From the IMG/VR virus record IMGVR_UViG_3300027973_000048, positions 1 through 64,000 of that record: 64,000 nt of DNA; one strand, 5' to 3'. Origin of the DNA: a virus. Both the position numbers and the translations under genes were made by a program. Of the stretch, positions 1 to 9,916 are shown piece by piece. Position 1 is the stretch's first letter. Each line of letters begins with the position of its first letter. The notes below the pieces were generated by a model. It had not been told where the DNA came from, did not search any database, and was given only the letters and a program-made list of their open reading frames with translations.

Positions 1-171
1 CCCGGAGGTCCCAGCGTTTCTGATGGATCCAGTTCCGGAGTTAAAGCAAGTGACCTCCTCGACACAGTCGTCGAAAACTACGGAAGGTACAACGAAATCA
101 GAGAAAGACTAGTAGCTTGGCAGGAGTGGTACAAGCAACAAAAACGCATTTTCGAGGAAATCAATAAATGA
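1..171 (+). CDS. 3' end of Rz/spanin-like lysis protein (partial)
   Basis: Frame 1 reads PGGPSVSDGSSSGVKASDLLDTVVENYGRYNEIRERLVAWQEWYKQQKRIFEEINK*; resembles spanin C-termini; ATGA overlap with the endolysin. Confidence 0.6.
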   Translation, partial: PGGPSVSDGSSSGVKASDLLDTVVENYGRYNEIRERLVAWQEWYKQQKRIFEEINK

Positions 172-791
172 GCGATTTCATTCTAAGCCAAGAGCAATTG
201 GCCAAACTTATCCCAACTAACCATTACGTAGATCATTGGCATCATGCCTTGGAACAGGCTCTTCCAGACTACGACATTAACACACCACGTCGGGTAGCTG
301 CTTTTGTAGCTCAATGTGCCCATGAAAGTGGTAACTTTGTTTTCCTACAAGAAAATCTAAACTATAAAGCAGAAAGCCTTATGCGTGTTTGGCCTAAGTA
401 TTTTAAAGACCTTGGTACTGCACAACGCTATGCCCATAACCCAGAACGTATTGCCAATCGTGCTTATGCTAATCGTATGGGCAATGGCAGCGAGGACAGC
501 GGAGATGGATGGCGCTTTTGTGGCAGAGGCCTAATTCAACTTACTGGTCGCAGCAACTATCAGGCCTTTGCCGACAGCATTGAAACTGATATTAACGATA
601 TTCCACATTACCTAGCCACTTTTGAAGGTGCTGTACAAAGTGCTTGCTGGTTCTGGGAAAGTAATAATCTAAACAAATGGGCCGATATGGGCGATATTAC
701 CACATTAACTAAAAAAATTAATGGAGGCACATTGGGATTAGATGATAGAATGAAACACTATAGTCACGCACTTCACGTATTAGGAGCATAA
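168..791 (+). CDS. Endolysin, glycoside hydrolase family 19 (chitinase-like)
   Basis: FVAQCAHESG, ENLNY, GRGLIQLTG and INGG motifs of GH19 phage lysins. Confidence 0.93.
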   Translation: MSDFILSQEQLAKLIPTNHYVDHWHHALEQALPDYDINTPRRVAAFVAQCAHESGNFVFLQENLNYKAESLMRVWPKYFKDLGTAQRYAHNPERIANRAYANRMGNGSEDSGDGWRFCGRGLIQLTGRSNYQAFADSIETDINDIPHYLATFEGAVQSACWFWESNNLNKWADMGDITTLTKKINGGTLGLDDRMKHYSHALHVLGA

Positions 792-792
792 A

Positions 793-1383
793 ATGGCATT
801 ACTCGACAGCATGTTAAACTTAATAACCAAACAACCTAAAGATCACGACGCAGCAAAACCACCAGCGGGTAGTCGCAGTGAACGGGAAGCCAAGATCAAG
901 GACAAAGCAGGATTGGCCATTAACTTATTTGCTCTATTGTTGGCCGTAAATGCTTGGTATGGTGGCACACTTAGCAGCACAGTTCTAAACAATACCATTA
1001 AGGCCAACGATGTTTGGGCATTTTATCAGGCCAAAAGTATGAAGCAGACCATGGCTGAATATGCTCGCGATGATGCTGCTTTCCGTAAGGATGATAAACG
1101 TGTGGCAGAATTAACTGCCAAAATTAATCGTTATGAAAGTGATCCTGAAAAGGGAGAGGGCAAAAAAGAGTTAATGGTCAAAGCAAGGCAACTTGAGGCT
1201 GATCGTGACGAAGCTAAAAAGCGTAGTCCATGGATAGGCTATGCTAGTACTGCCTATCAACTTAGCATTGTTATATTAAGTGCCAGTATTCTAGCAGTTA
1301 GTATGCCTATGTTCTGGGCCAGTTTTGTAGTAGCAGCAGTAGGTGTATTACTCAGCAGCCAAGGGCTGTTACTTTGGATTTAA
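793..1383 (+). CDS. DUF4337-like membrane protein
   Basis: One N-terminal and two C-terminal hydrophobic helices; WAFYQAKS motif. Confidence 0.65.
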   Translation: MALLDSMLNLITKQPKDHDAAKPPAGSRSEREAKIKDKAGLAINLFALLLAVNAWYGGTLSSTVLNNTIKANDVWAFYQAKSMKQTMAEYARDDAAFRKDDKRVAELTAKINRYESDPEKGEGKKELMVKARQLEADRDEAKKRSPWIGYASTAYQLSIVILSASILAVSMPMFWASFVVAAVGVLLSSQGLLLWI

Positions 1384-1392
1384 GGAACTACC

Positions 1393-1932
1393 ATGGCAGA
1401 CGAAAAGGTTGAATTAAGCGCAAGCGAACAGAAAAAAGAAGATTGGATGAATAGTAAATGGCGTCCTGCCATGGGTTGGGTTTACATGTTGACCTGTACC
1501 GCAGACTTTGTCATATTCCCTATCCTATGGAGTGTTCTACAAAGTATTAGTCATGGTCAGGTAACCAGTCAATGGCAACCACTCACACTGCAAGGCGCTG
1601 GATTATACCACATTGCCATGGGTGCTGTATTAGGTTTGGCAGCATTTGGTCGTACACAGGAAAAAATAGCAGGAGCTAACAATGGCGGATTATCTACATC
1701 ATCAGGTTTCGGAACAACATATCAACCACCTCAATCAAACAGCCAACCCCCCACCAACAACTTTAATACACCAAGTACAGGTTTCAACACAGGGGTTGGT
1801 GCCGCTGCTGCCAGTACAGGATTTGGTAGTAACTTCTCAGTTCCTTCAAATACCGCCAGTACTGCGGCCACTGTACTAACAGGCTTTGGTGGCAAACCTG
1901 CTCCAGTTCAACCATCATTTCCCATAATCTAA
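1393..1932 (+). CDS. Holin (GTA 3TM-holin-like) with low-complexity C-terminal tail
   Basis: KWRPAMGW...LG...GRTQEK motif, hydrophobic segments, lysis cassette context. Confidence 0.75.
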   Translation: MADEKVELSASEQKKEDWMNSKWRPAMGWVYMLTCTADFVIFPILWSVLQSISHGQVTSQWQPLTLQGAGLYHIAMGAVLGLAAFGRTQEKIAGANNGGLSTSSGFGTTYQPPQSNSQPPTNNFNTPSTGFNTGVGAAAASTGFGSNFSVPSNTASTAATVLTGFGGKPAPVQPSFPII

Positions 1933-1943
1933 AGGAAAATAAA

Positions 1944-2120
1944 ATGAAAAAATTATTAGCTCTATTAGCAACAACTGCCCTAATTGGTGGTGCATATGCC
2001 GAAGCAGAAATGAAAAAAGTCTGCCACAATGAAGAAAAGAATGGCAAGACTGTTGAAGTTTGTAAAACTATCAAAGTTCATAAAAAGCTAGAAGGCACAG
2101 ACGTTCCTGTCAAAAAATAA
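1944..2120 (+). CDS. Small exported protein, 58 aa, two Cys (not in ORF track)
   Basis: AAGGA SD; MKKLLALLATTALIGGAYA signal peptide with AxA site, then EAEMKKVCHNEEKNGKTVEVCKTIKVHKKLEGTDVPVKK*. Confidence 0.8.
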   Translation: MKKLLALLATTALIGGAYAEAEMKKVCHNEEKNGKTVEVCKTIKVHKKLEGTDVPVKK

Positions 2121-2128
2121 TCATATCC

Positions 2129-2157
2129 TTGACATTGTTCGTTTATCCTAGTATAAT
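2129..2157 (+). promoter_or_regulatory. Perfect sigma70 promoter TTGACA-N17-TATAAT
   Basis: TTGACA 2129-2134, TATAAT 2152-2157; next ATG at 2166 with no SD. Confidence 0.88.
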
Positions 2158-2165
2158 TACTAGTG

Positions 2166-3023
2166 ATGAACTATTATTCAATATTGGGGCTACAGCAAGG
2201 TTGTAGTCAAGAGGAAATCAAAAAAGCCTATAGAAGGCTAGCCAGCCAACACCATCCTGACAAGGGTGGTGACACTGCCACTTTTCAAAACATTCAAGCT
2301 GCTTACGAAACGTTAGGCGATCCTAACAAAAGATCCCAATATGACATGGGCAGTACAAGACCTCGACCCAATCAAGGTCCAGGTGGTTTTAACAACTTTG
2401 AAGATATTAACGACATATTTGCACAGGCATTTGCTGGCGGATTTGGTGGGAATCGATTTAACTTCAATGCTAGACAACAACCACGTAGAAACCTAGACCT
2501 AAATATTAGATGTAGAATAAGCCTATTGGACAGCTATACAGGCAAGGAATTAGAAGCTAATTTTGCCTTACCATCAGGTCGTAGAGAAACAGTGGTCATC
2601 AACGTTCCACCAGGAATCAATGATGGTGCCACCATACAGTTTAGAGGCATGGGCGATGACTCAAATGCAGCATGGCCCAGAGGCAATTTAAATTGCACTG
2701 TGACTGTGGACAGTGATCCAAACTTTGAACGTAGAGGTGATGACCTAACTACTGTTGTAGAAATATCTGCCATAGAAGCCATGATAGGTTGTACTAAACC
2801 AGTAGAGTCTATTGATGGCAAAAGTATGAATATTCGTATAAAGCCTGGCATAACACATGGCGGCGAATATGCTGCACAGGCCATGGGCTTTAAAAATTTG
2901 CAAACAAATATCAAAGGCAACTTTGTAATCATAGTAAATATCACAGTGCCTGAAATCACAGATCCAAAACTAAAGAAAAAATTAGAGGAAATAAAAAATG
3001 AAATTGATAAAATTTCCAAATGA
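2166..3023 (+). CDS. DnaJ/CbpA-like co-chaperone (J domain + C-terminal domain, no Zn finger)
   Basis: HPD motif, G/F-rich linker, DnaJ_C-like region. Confidence 0.9.
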   Translation: MNYYSILGLQQGCSQEEIKKAYRRLASQHHPDKGGDTATFQNIQAAYETLGDPNKRSQYDMGSTRPRPNQGPGGFNNFEDINDIFAQAFAGGFGGNRFNFNARQQPRRNLDLNIRCRISLLDSYTGKELEANFALPSGRRETVVINVPPGINDGATIQFRGMGDDSNAAWPRGNLNCTVTVDSDPNFERRGDDLTTVVEISAIEAMIGCTKPVESIDGKSMNIRIKPGITHGGEYAAQAMGFKNLQTNIKGNFVIIVNITVPEITDPKLKKKLEEIKNEIDKISK

Positions 3024-3525
3024 CATATTAAAGAAAACTATGCCAGAGTTTGACTTTGATAACCCAGTCATGCACCCCAAACAACTAGAAAGAGAAATGG
3101 TAGAACTCATGGTCCAAGAAAGAGGCATTGGACTAGCAGCTAATCAAGTGGGCATTGAAGCTAGAGTTATTGCCATATTCCCTCGTGATAGGAGTTTGGA
3201 AATGGGACCATTTGCCATGTTCAATCCCGAAGTAATGGAGGCCAGTGAGGAACTAGGAGAAGGTCTTGAAGGCTGTTTGAGCTTTCCAGATCTGGCACTG
3301 CCTATTAAACGTCCACGAATAGTGGTTGTACAATATCTTGACAACGAAGGAAATAACAATATAATAGAACTTAAGGACACAGATGCTAGATGCGTCTTAC
3401 ACGAAATAGAACATCTAGATGGAGTATGCTTTACTGACAAAGTAAGCAAATTGAAAATTGAAATGGCCCGTAAAAAATTATCTAAACTAAGGAAAAAATA
3501 TGGTAGAGCCCAGCGACAATCTTAA
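2998..3525 (+). CDS. def: Peptide deformylase
   Basis: GIGLAANQ, EGCLS and HEIEH motifs. Confidence 0.93.
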   Translation: MKLIKFPNDILKKTMPEFDFDNPVMHPKQLEREMVELMVQERGIGLAANQVGIEARVIAIFPRDRSLEMGPFAMFNPEVMEASEELGEGLEGCLSFPDLALPIKRPRIVVVQYLDNEGNNNIIELKDTDARCVLHEIEHLDGVCFTDKVSKLKIEMARKKLSKLRKKYGRAQRQS

Positions 3526-5776
3526 GGCAGTCTTTGAACACAGCATTGACTTGGCCAAGACTCTTAAACACGAGTACTTGACCATTGAACACTTGCTGTT
3601 TTCCATGCTCAGCGAAGAAGACTTTGTAAAATGCGTACAAGGGTTTGGCGGAGATGTTGACTACATTAAGAAAAATCTAGAACATTATCTTAAGAACAAA
3701 CTTACAGATATTGTCAAAGAAGACGTTGTCAAACCTAAAAAGACACAGGCCGTTGAACGTGTACTAAATCGTGCATTCACACAGGCTCTATTCAATGGTC
3801 GCCAAACTATGGAACTAAGCGATGTATTCCTTAGTATCATGGGAGAAAAACGTAGCTATGCCAGCTACTACATCCAACAGGCAGGTATTGACAAAGGAAA
3901 ATTTGCTGATTATTTAAACAGTGAACTACAAGGCGAAGAAGAGGAAACTGTCAACGACGTTCAAGTAGATCGTGCTATCAAAAATTTTACCACTAACTTA
4001 AACGATGCAGTTAAGAAAAACAAAGTTGATCCAGTTATTGGACGTGTGACAGAATTGGAAAATATTGCATTGGCCATGGGCCGTAGAAACAAAAGCAATG
4101 TACTACTGGTTGGTGACCCAGGCGTTGGTAAAACTGCCATTGCAGAAGGGTTAGCCTTTAATATTGTCAAAGGTGCTGTTCCAGAGTTCCTAAAAGACTA
4201 TGTGGTCTATAACTTGGACATCAGCAGCATGTTGGCCGGTAGCAAATATCGTGGAGACTTTGAAGAACGTTTCAAACTAGTACTCAAAGGCCTACAGAGC
4301 AAAGGCAAAACTATTTTGTTTATCGACGAAGCTCATATGATCAGTGGAGCTGGCTCAGCAGGTAATAGTGCTAATGACCTAGCTAACATGATGAAACCTG
4401 CACTGAGCAAGGGCAATATCAAAGTAGTAGCCAGTACTACATGGGAAGAATATCGCAAGTACTTTGAAAAAGATCGTGCTCTAATGCGTCGCTTCCAACG
4501 TATCACTGTAGACGAACCCAGTACCGAAACCACTGTGCAAATTCTTAAAGGTATTAAGAAATACTACGAAAGTCATCACAAAGTTAAAATTACCGAAGAA
4601 GCAATTCAAGCTGCGGTTAAACTCAGCGTGAAATACCAAAGTGATAAAAAACTTCCTGACAAGGCCATTGATCTTATTGATTGTGCCTGTTCAAGATTTA
4701 ATATTAAACTTGTAGAGGAAAGAACTATTGGTGAACCAGAAATTCAATTTGAACTAGCACGTATGATTCAAATGCCCGAAGAGCAAATTGCCGAAACTGA
4801 AAGCAACAATCTTGCCAACTTAGACACACAAATTGCTGCCGAAGTATATGGTCAAGATGCTGCTATTACTGAGCTAGTAGATAAAATCCTTGTTGCTCGT
4901 GCTGGACTTAAATCAGAAAACAAACCAATTGGCAGCTTTGTTTTCATGGGCCCAACTGGCTGTGGTAAAACTGAAACTGCTAAAGCATTGGCCAAACATT
5001 TGGGTGTTAAACTATTACGTTTTGACATGAGTGAATATCAGGAAAAACATAGTATTAGCAAACTAATTGGTAGTCCTCCAGGATACGTAGGCTTTGAGGA
5101 AAATGCCGGCTTGCTGATCACACAGATCCAAGAAAACCCATATAGCGTACTATTGTTTGATGAAGTGGAAAAGAGCCATCCAGATGTGTCCACTGTATTA
5201 CTGCAAATGATGGACAATGGCTTTATCACTGGCAGCAATGGTAAGAAGGCAGACTGTCGTAACATTGTGCTTATTCTTACTACCAATGCTGGCGCACAGG
5301 CAGCTGAAAAGAACCTTATTGGTTTTGGTAGCCAAGAACAACCTTACGATGACAAGGACCTTAAGAAATTCTTTAGTCCAGAGTTCCGTAATCGTCTTGA
5401 TGCCACTATTACCTTTAAGAAACTGGCCAAAGAAACTATGCGTAAGGTTGTGATTAAGTTTATTGACGAACTTAAATTCCAAGTTGCTGAAAAAGCCATC
5501 AAAGTCAAAATCAATGAAGCTGCTATTAACTGGTTGATTGAAAAAGGCTTTGATCCTAAGATGGGTGCAAGACCATTACAACGTGTTATTGACAAGGAAA
5601 TCAAACGTCCATTGGCTAAGATGATGCTGTTTGGTGATCTTAAGGATGGTGGTACTTTGATGATTACCAACAATTCAGTAAATGATGGGTTGATCTTAAC
5701 TAAGAAAGTCAAAGCTGTCAAGCCCGTGGAAATCGAAAATGAAGTTGAATCCCAAGATACCTATCAAGAGAACTAA
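3500..5776 (+). CDS. clpA: ATP-dependent Clp protease ATP-binding subunit ClpA-like
   Basis: Clp N domain; two AAA+ modules (GDPGVGKT, GPTGCGKT); RFDMSEY; IGF ClpP-docking loop; no ClpB M-domain. Confidence 0.92.
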   Translation: MVEPSDNLKAVFEHSIDLAKTLKHEYLTIEHLLFSMLSEEDFVKCVQGFGGDVDYIKKNLEHYLKNKLTDIVKEDVVKPKKTQAVERVLNRAFTQALFNGRQTMELSDVFLSIMGEKRSYASYYIQQAGIDKGKFADYLNSELQGEEEETVNDVQVDRAIKNFTTNLNDAVKKNKVDPVIGRVTELENIALAMGRRNKSNVLLVGDPGVGKTAIAEGLAFNIVKGAVPEFLKDYVVYNLDISSMLAGSKYRGDFEERFKLVLKGLQSKGKTILFIDEAHMISGAGSAGNSANDLANMMKPALSKGNIKVVASTTWEEYRKYFEKDRALMRRFQRITVDEPSTETTVQILKGIKKYYESHHKVKITEEAIQAAVKLSVKYQSDKKLPDKAIDLIDCACSRFNIKLVEERTIGEPEIQFELARMIQMPEEQIAETESNNLANLDTQIAAEVYGQDAAITELVDKILVARAGLKSENKPIGSFVFMGPTGCGKTETAKALAKHLGVKLLRFDMSEYQEKHSISKLIGSPPGYVGFEENAGLLITQIQENPYSVLLFDEVEKSHPDVSTVLLQMMDNGFITGSNGKKADCRNIVLILTTNAGAQAAEKNLIGFGSQEQPYDDKDLKKFFSPEFRNRLDATITFKKLAKETMRKVVIKFIDELKFQVAEKAIKVKINEAAINWLIEKGFDPKMGARPLQRVIDKEIKRPLAKMMLFGDLKDGGTLMITNNSVNDGLILTKKVKAVKPVEIENEVESQDTYQEN

Positions 5777-6386
5777 AAAGCTATTTTTAGACACTTATAG
5801 ATATAAAGTTGTCATTATCTCTGTATTCGCCAGCGTGTTCAGAGGTAATGACCTTGACAGTGCCTCTAAAAAATTAGCTTACTATAAAGCTAATGGTGCC
5901 ACTAAGAGTTTACAATTTTGGTCAAAGAACATGTCAACTGATGATGTTACCTTAGCTGAAAATATTTTAAACCTGCTGACTTCAATGTCAGATTATGTTC
6001 TTAGAGTAGAATCACCTCTTGTAAGCATATACACTAACAATCTAGAGGACGTTAAAAAAATCACCAACACTGTGACTGATGTTGTCAAATATATTAGTTT
6101 ATCAGAGAAAGAGTTAGAAAAAGGTGTTATATATCTTAAGAAAATAGATTTTGACTATAAAATCACATTAGGACATATTAGAACTCCACAAGATTCCCTA
6201 GTAAAATGGTGTGATAACAATAGTAAAATACGCATGCCTAGAACTTGTAAAACACAATTAGAGTTAGGTTGGGGATGTAAACAACGATATTTTTACGTCA
6301 AAGATGATCGTAGCCTCACTATGGTTAAAATGTTCTTAGGTTCTAATATACAGCGTATTGAACGTGTGGTAAAATTAGGAGACTAA
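5739..6386 (+). CDS. Hypothetical protein
   Basis: 215 aa ORF filling the gap after clpA. Confidence 0.7.
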   Translation: MKLNPKIPIKRTKKLFLDTYRYKVVIISVFASVFRGNDLDSASKKLAYYKANGATKSLQFWSKNMSTDDVTLAENILNLLTSMSDYVLRVESPLVSIYTNNLEDVKKITNTVTDVVKYISLSEKELEKGVIYLKKIDFDYKITLGHIRTPQDSLVKWCDNNSKIRMPRTCKTQLELGWGCKQRYFYVKDDRSLTMVKMFLGSNIQRIERVVKLGD

Positions 6387-6400
6387 ATGTTATTCGTTTG

Positions 6401-6407
6401 ATAAATA
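6401..6407 (+). promoter_or_regulatory. T4-like late promoter element ATAAATA
   Basis: Intergenic, heads the putative capsid-protein block; same motif precedes other structural genes. Confidence 0.7.
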
Positions 6408-6433
6408 TCACATAGTAACTCTGGCTATATGAT

Positions 6434-6820
6434 ATGAAAATTTTTGAACTGTTTAACAATACTAAAGAGCCCATTGACAAAGTCATGAAGGGCCATACTG
6501 AAGAAGTCATTGACAAAGACGAAAAGAAGTTGGACTTTGACTTGGCTGAAGACCTTGTTTATTTCATGCATCATAACGATGACTTTTATCGTAAAAACTT
6601 CTACCCTATATTAAAAATGTGTAAGGGTAGTTTTGATGATGGTAAAAATTTCAGTCATAGAGTGTTTAAACCTCTTATCAGTAAAGCTTACGAGTCATAC
6701 AAAAAAGAATTTCCAATTAGAGAATTGAAGGATGAATTAGAATCCAAGTTCATCGAACGAACTGCAAAACAAATTTATGAAACTGAATTGGGTCATATGA
6801 AAGACGGCAAATACGATTAA
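6434..6820 (+). CDS. Putative internal head protein
   Basis: N-terminus MKIFELF resembles neighbouring leaders; follows late motif. Confidence 0.6.
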   Translation: MKIFELFNNTKEPIDKVMKGHTEEVIDKDEKKLDFDLAEDLVYFMHHNDDFYRKNFYPILKMCKGSFDDGKNFSHRVFKPLISKAYESYKKEFPIRELKDELESKFIERTAKQIYETELGHMKDGKYD

Positions 6821-6821
6821 C

Positions 6822-8702
6822 ATGTTTCTAAGAGAACTATTTCACAGACCCCAACGACCTCTATTAGAGGGCGGGAATATATGGCCCGACACTGAACCAT
6901 TTGATCAAACCATAGCACAAAATTTGGCCAATACACTTGAAAAATATCTAAGTGATGCTGGACTAGAAGTATATAGAATTGGCAGCGGTGCTACTCCGAC
7001 ACCAGGCAAAATCAGTGGTGACCTAGATGTTATGGTAGATTTAAATCAAGCTGCTGAAAACTTTCAAATGGAACCAGATGGAAAACATGTACGAATTGCC
7101 TTGGAAAAATTCCTACAAGGTCAAGGATTAGAAACTAAAAAAAGCGGTGTTCAAGTACATGTTAAACTACCTTTCCATGATAGATTTCATCAAGTGGACA
7201 TTAAAGTAGTGCCAAAAGCGGGTAGAGTACATAGATTTCATGTACATGATATTCCCAAAGGTAGCCCATACAAGGGTGTCAACAAACAAATGATGATAAC
7301 CAATTTGGCCATCCATAAAGGCCTGTTGTGGAGTCCAGATGAAGGATTATTTAAACGTAATGAATTAGGCAAAAAGTCAGACTTCCTCAGTGACGACTTA
7401 GACGAAATTGCTCAATATCTACTTGGTTCACAGGCCACAGCAAGAGATTTAGGCAGCGTAGAAAGCATAATGGCCGCTATTCCAGATGAAAATCTACGCA
7501 ATGATATATTTGCTAAAGCTCGTGCTAGTAGTAGTTGGCAAAGTGCCACACCTGATGCAGGTGCTAATGCAACTCATTTACAAGAAGCAGCACCTGGAAT
7601 AGGTCGTAAGTATCAACATATTGAAGACTTGGTTTTTACTAACGGATCTAACGGCGGAATGCATGCCATCGAAAGACTACAATCAATGTCTAGTCAAGGT
7701 GGCAATATAGAACTTAAATGGGACGGCAGTCCTGTATTATACTGGGGCCGTGATGAAGATGGCACATTTTATATGATTCCTAAAAATGCTTGGGAATATT
7801 TAAAACGTGGTAAAACTAAATTAGAAACTGGTGTTAGTACAACACCAAAAACCCCCGATGAAGTACAGAGATTCATATTAGGCACTGGTAGAGTAGATCC
7901 AGACAAAGAAGTAACTCGCAAACAATATGCTCGTGAAATGAGTAATTTATGGCCCTATCTTGAACAGGCCAGTCCAGAGGTTGGCTTTGTAGAGGGCGGA
8001 CTATTATTCCATCCCGGTGCTAAACCCACTGTAAACAAACATACAGGTGAATATGAATTCACCCCAAACATTACCACATTCCATATTGGACATAGTACCG
8101 AACTAGGACAACGTATTGCCAAGGCCAAGGTCATGGTAGCTGTGACTGGCTATTATCCTGAATTAGGTAGCAGTGATGAAGGCAGAATGCCAGATGCAGA
8201 ATCATTAAGCACTCCTGAAGTTATTGTTCAAGGTACTACTTATGCTGAACCTCCTGAAGATATTGAAATGTCAGGCCTACTTCGTGCTCAAGATTTTATT
8301 AGCCAAAACGCAAACTTAATTGACGGATTCCTAGCACCTAAACCTGGCCTAAGTAAACCTGGTGATATACTTTATAAATTCTATAATCAAAACTTACGCA
8401 CACCCGGCGTTAAACAAAAGTTCCACGATTGGGTTACTAGAAACGTCAGTGCTGGTCAAAGTCAAAAAATTCTAGCAGATCATGCTGGCCTAAATGCCAT
8501 ACTTGACGCTGTGGAAATGATCACTCATGCCAAACTTGAACTAATAAATTCTCTGAGTGCAGGCACACACGGTGGTATTAGACAGACCAAACCAGAAGGC
8601 TATGTACAGGCACATCCTGGCTCACAATTTACAAACGATGTACCTGGACAATTTGTCAAAGCTATCGATCAAGCTAATTGGTCTCCGGACAAAGAAAGAT
8701 GA
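6822..8702 (+). CDS. Two-domain protein: Pol-beta-like nucleotidyltransferase + KxDG ligase-like domain
   Basis: GS...SGDLDVMVD and QVD in N-half; HIEDL, ELKWDG, EG, PEGYV and terminal K motifs in C-half; MFLRELF leader. Confidence 0.7.
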   Translation: MFLRELFHRPQRPLLEGGNIWPDTEPFDQTIAQNLANTLEKYLSDAGLEVYRIGSGATPTPGKISGDLDVMVDLNQAAENFQMEPDGKHVRIALEKFLQGQGLETKKSGVQVHVKLPFHDRFHQVDIKVVPKAGRVHRFHVHDIPKGSPYKGVNKQMMITNLAIHKGLLWSPDEGLFKRNELGKKSDFLSDDLDEIAQYLLGSQATARDLGSVESIMAAIPDENLRNDIFAKARASSSWQSATPDAGANATHLQEAAPGIGRKYQHIEDLVFTNGSNGGMHAIERLQSMSSQGGNIELKWDGSPVLYWGRDEDGTFYMIPKNAWEYLKRGKTKLETGVSTTPKTPDEVQRFILGTGRVDPDKEVTRKQYAREMSNLWPYLEQASPEVGFVEGGLLFHPGAKPTVNKHTGEYEFTPNITTFHIGHSTELGQRIAKAKVMVAVTGYYPELGSSDEGRMPDAESLSTPEVIVQGTTYAEPPEDIEMSGLLRAQDFISQNANLIDGFLAPKPGLSKPGDILYKFYNQNLRTPGVKQKFHDWVTRNVSAGQSQKILADHAGLNAILDAVEMITHAKLELINSLSAGTHGGIRQTKPEGYVQAHPGSQFTNDVPGQFVKAIDQANWSPDKER

Positions 8703-9916
8703 GACTAAGACAACTATTTGAAAATATTAATCGTACCGGGGAAGGTAAAACAGCCGTAGTAGGTTGGGGTAGAGGTATGGGCCATAAGGGCCATATGATG
8801 TTGGCCAGCAGCGTGATTACCCACGCCAAAGACAGCGAAGGCGATCCTTACTTTGTAGTCAGTAGAAGCTATGGTCCAGATGATCCTTTAGAACCTGAAG
8901 AAAAATTAGCCATATATCGTAAAGTATTTCCTGAACAAGGTCATATATTTCAAACTGCCACAGATGAATTGCCAGACCTAACAAGAGTGTTAGCTAACTT
9001 AAATCAACAAGGTTATACAAATGCCATAATTGTTGTAGGTGCTGATCAAAAAGCGGCCTTCCAATACCTAAATCATTACAATGGCAAACCAGACAAAAAA
9101 GGCAATATTGCTTTTGACTTTGAAAACTTGCAAGTTATCAGTCGACAAGAAACCAGTGACCCAAGTCGTGAAGAAGAAGGTCCACGTGCCACACCTATGC
9201 GAGCTGTGTTGATGGATCCATCAAAGAGTCATGATGAGCAATTTGCAGTATGGCGTGATGCTATGAGCCCAGAGATTGACGATGAGGAAGTTATGGCTCT
9301 AATGCATAAGGCGCAACAGCGTATGACTCAAATGGCTGCTGAAAAAAAGCCTAAAAAAAAAGTAGCTGAGACTACATTAAACGAGTTTGACCATGCTCGT
9401 CATGTCAAACTGCTTAATGCCCATATGCAGAAATTAGGCTACGAAAATATCGGTGCTGGAACAGATGCACAAGTATTTGCTAAAGAAACCGGGCCAGTGA
9501 AAAAGATACTTATGCCTGAAAGTGGAGATATTTCTACTGCTGAAAATTCATTCCTGGCATTTTACAACTATTGCCAGGCAAATGCCCGTAATCCACACTT
9601 GCCAAAGTTTCACCAAATTCAAGACAATATTGAATTAGATGGCGAACGGTTTCGTCAAATAACCATGGAACGACTCGAAGAAGTAGATCCTGAGTATGAA
9701 GACATGCTGGTTAGTATGACAGACGGTATTGAAGAGGGTAAGCCATTAGATCCACAATATCGACCATATATTAAATTCTATCAAACATTGAAATCAGTTA
9801 TGCTCACAGGTCGTAAATTAGGCTTTGAGAATGATATCATCACTTTTCAAAGTTGCAATGTAATGCAGAGAGGTAATACATTGGTGATCATGGATCCATG
9901 GATGGGTGGCGGTTAA
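8699..9916 (+). CDS. Two-domain protein: HxGH cytidylyltransferase-like + protein-kinase-like domain
   Basis: ATGA overlap start MRLRQLFE; GHKGH, VVGADQ; C-terminal IGAGTDAQVF..K..MERL..D..NVM..VIMDP. Confidence 0.7.
   Translation: MRLRQLFENINRTGEGKTAVVGWGRGMGHKGHMMLASSVITHAKDSEGDPYFVVSRSYGPDDPLEPEEKLAIYRKVFPEQGHIFQTATDELPDLTRVLANLNQQGYTNAIIVVGADQKAAFQYLNHYNGKPDKKGNIAFDFENLQVISRQETSDPSREEEGPRATPMRAVLMDPSKSHDEQFAVWRDAMSPEIDDEEVMALMHKAQQRMTQMAAEKKPKKKVAETTLNEFDHARHVKLLNAHMQKLGYENIGAGTDAQVFAKETGPVKKILMPESGDISTAENSFLAFYNYCQANARNPHLPKFHQIQDNIELDGERFRQITMERLEEVDPEYEDMLVSMTDGIEEGKPLDPQYRPYIKFYQTLKSVMLTGRKLGFENDIITFQSCNVMQRGNTLVIMDPWMGGG

Noticed and set aside
2166-5776. Bacterial chromosome or prophage flank suggested by dnaJ/def/clpA
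   Set aside because: Continuous in style and gene packing with flanking phage lysis and virion genes; no integrase, att-like junction or other housekeeping context.
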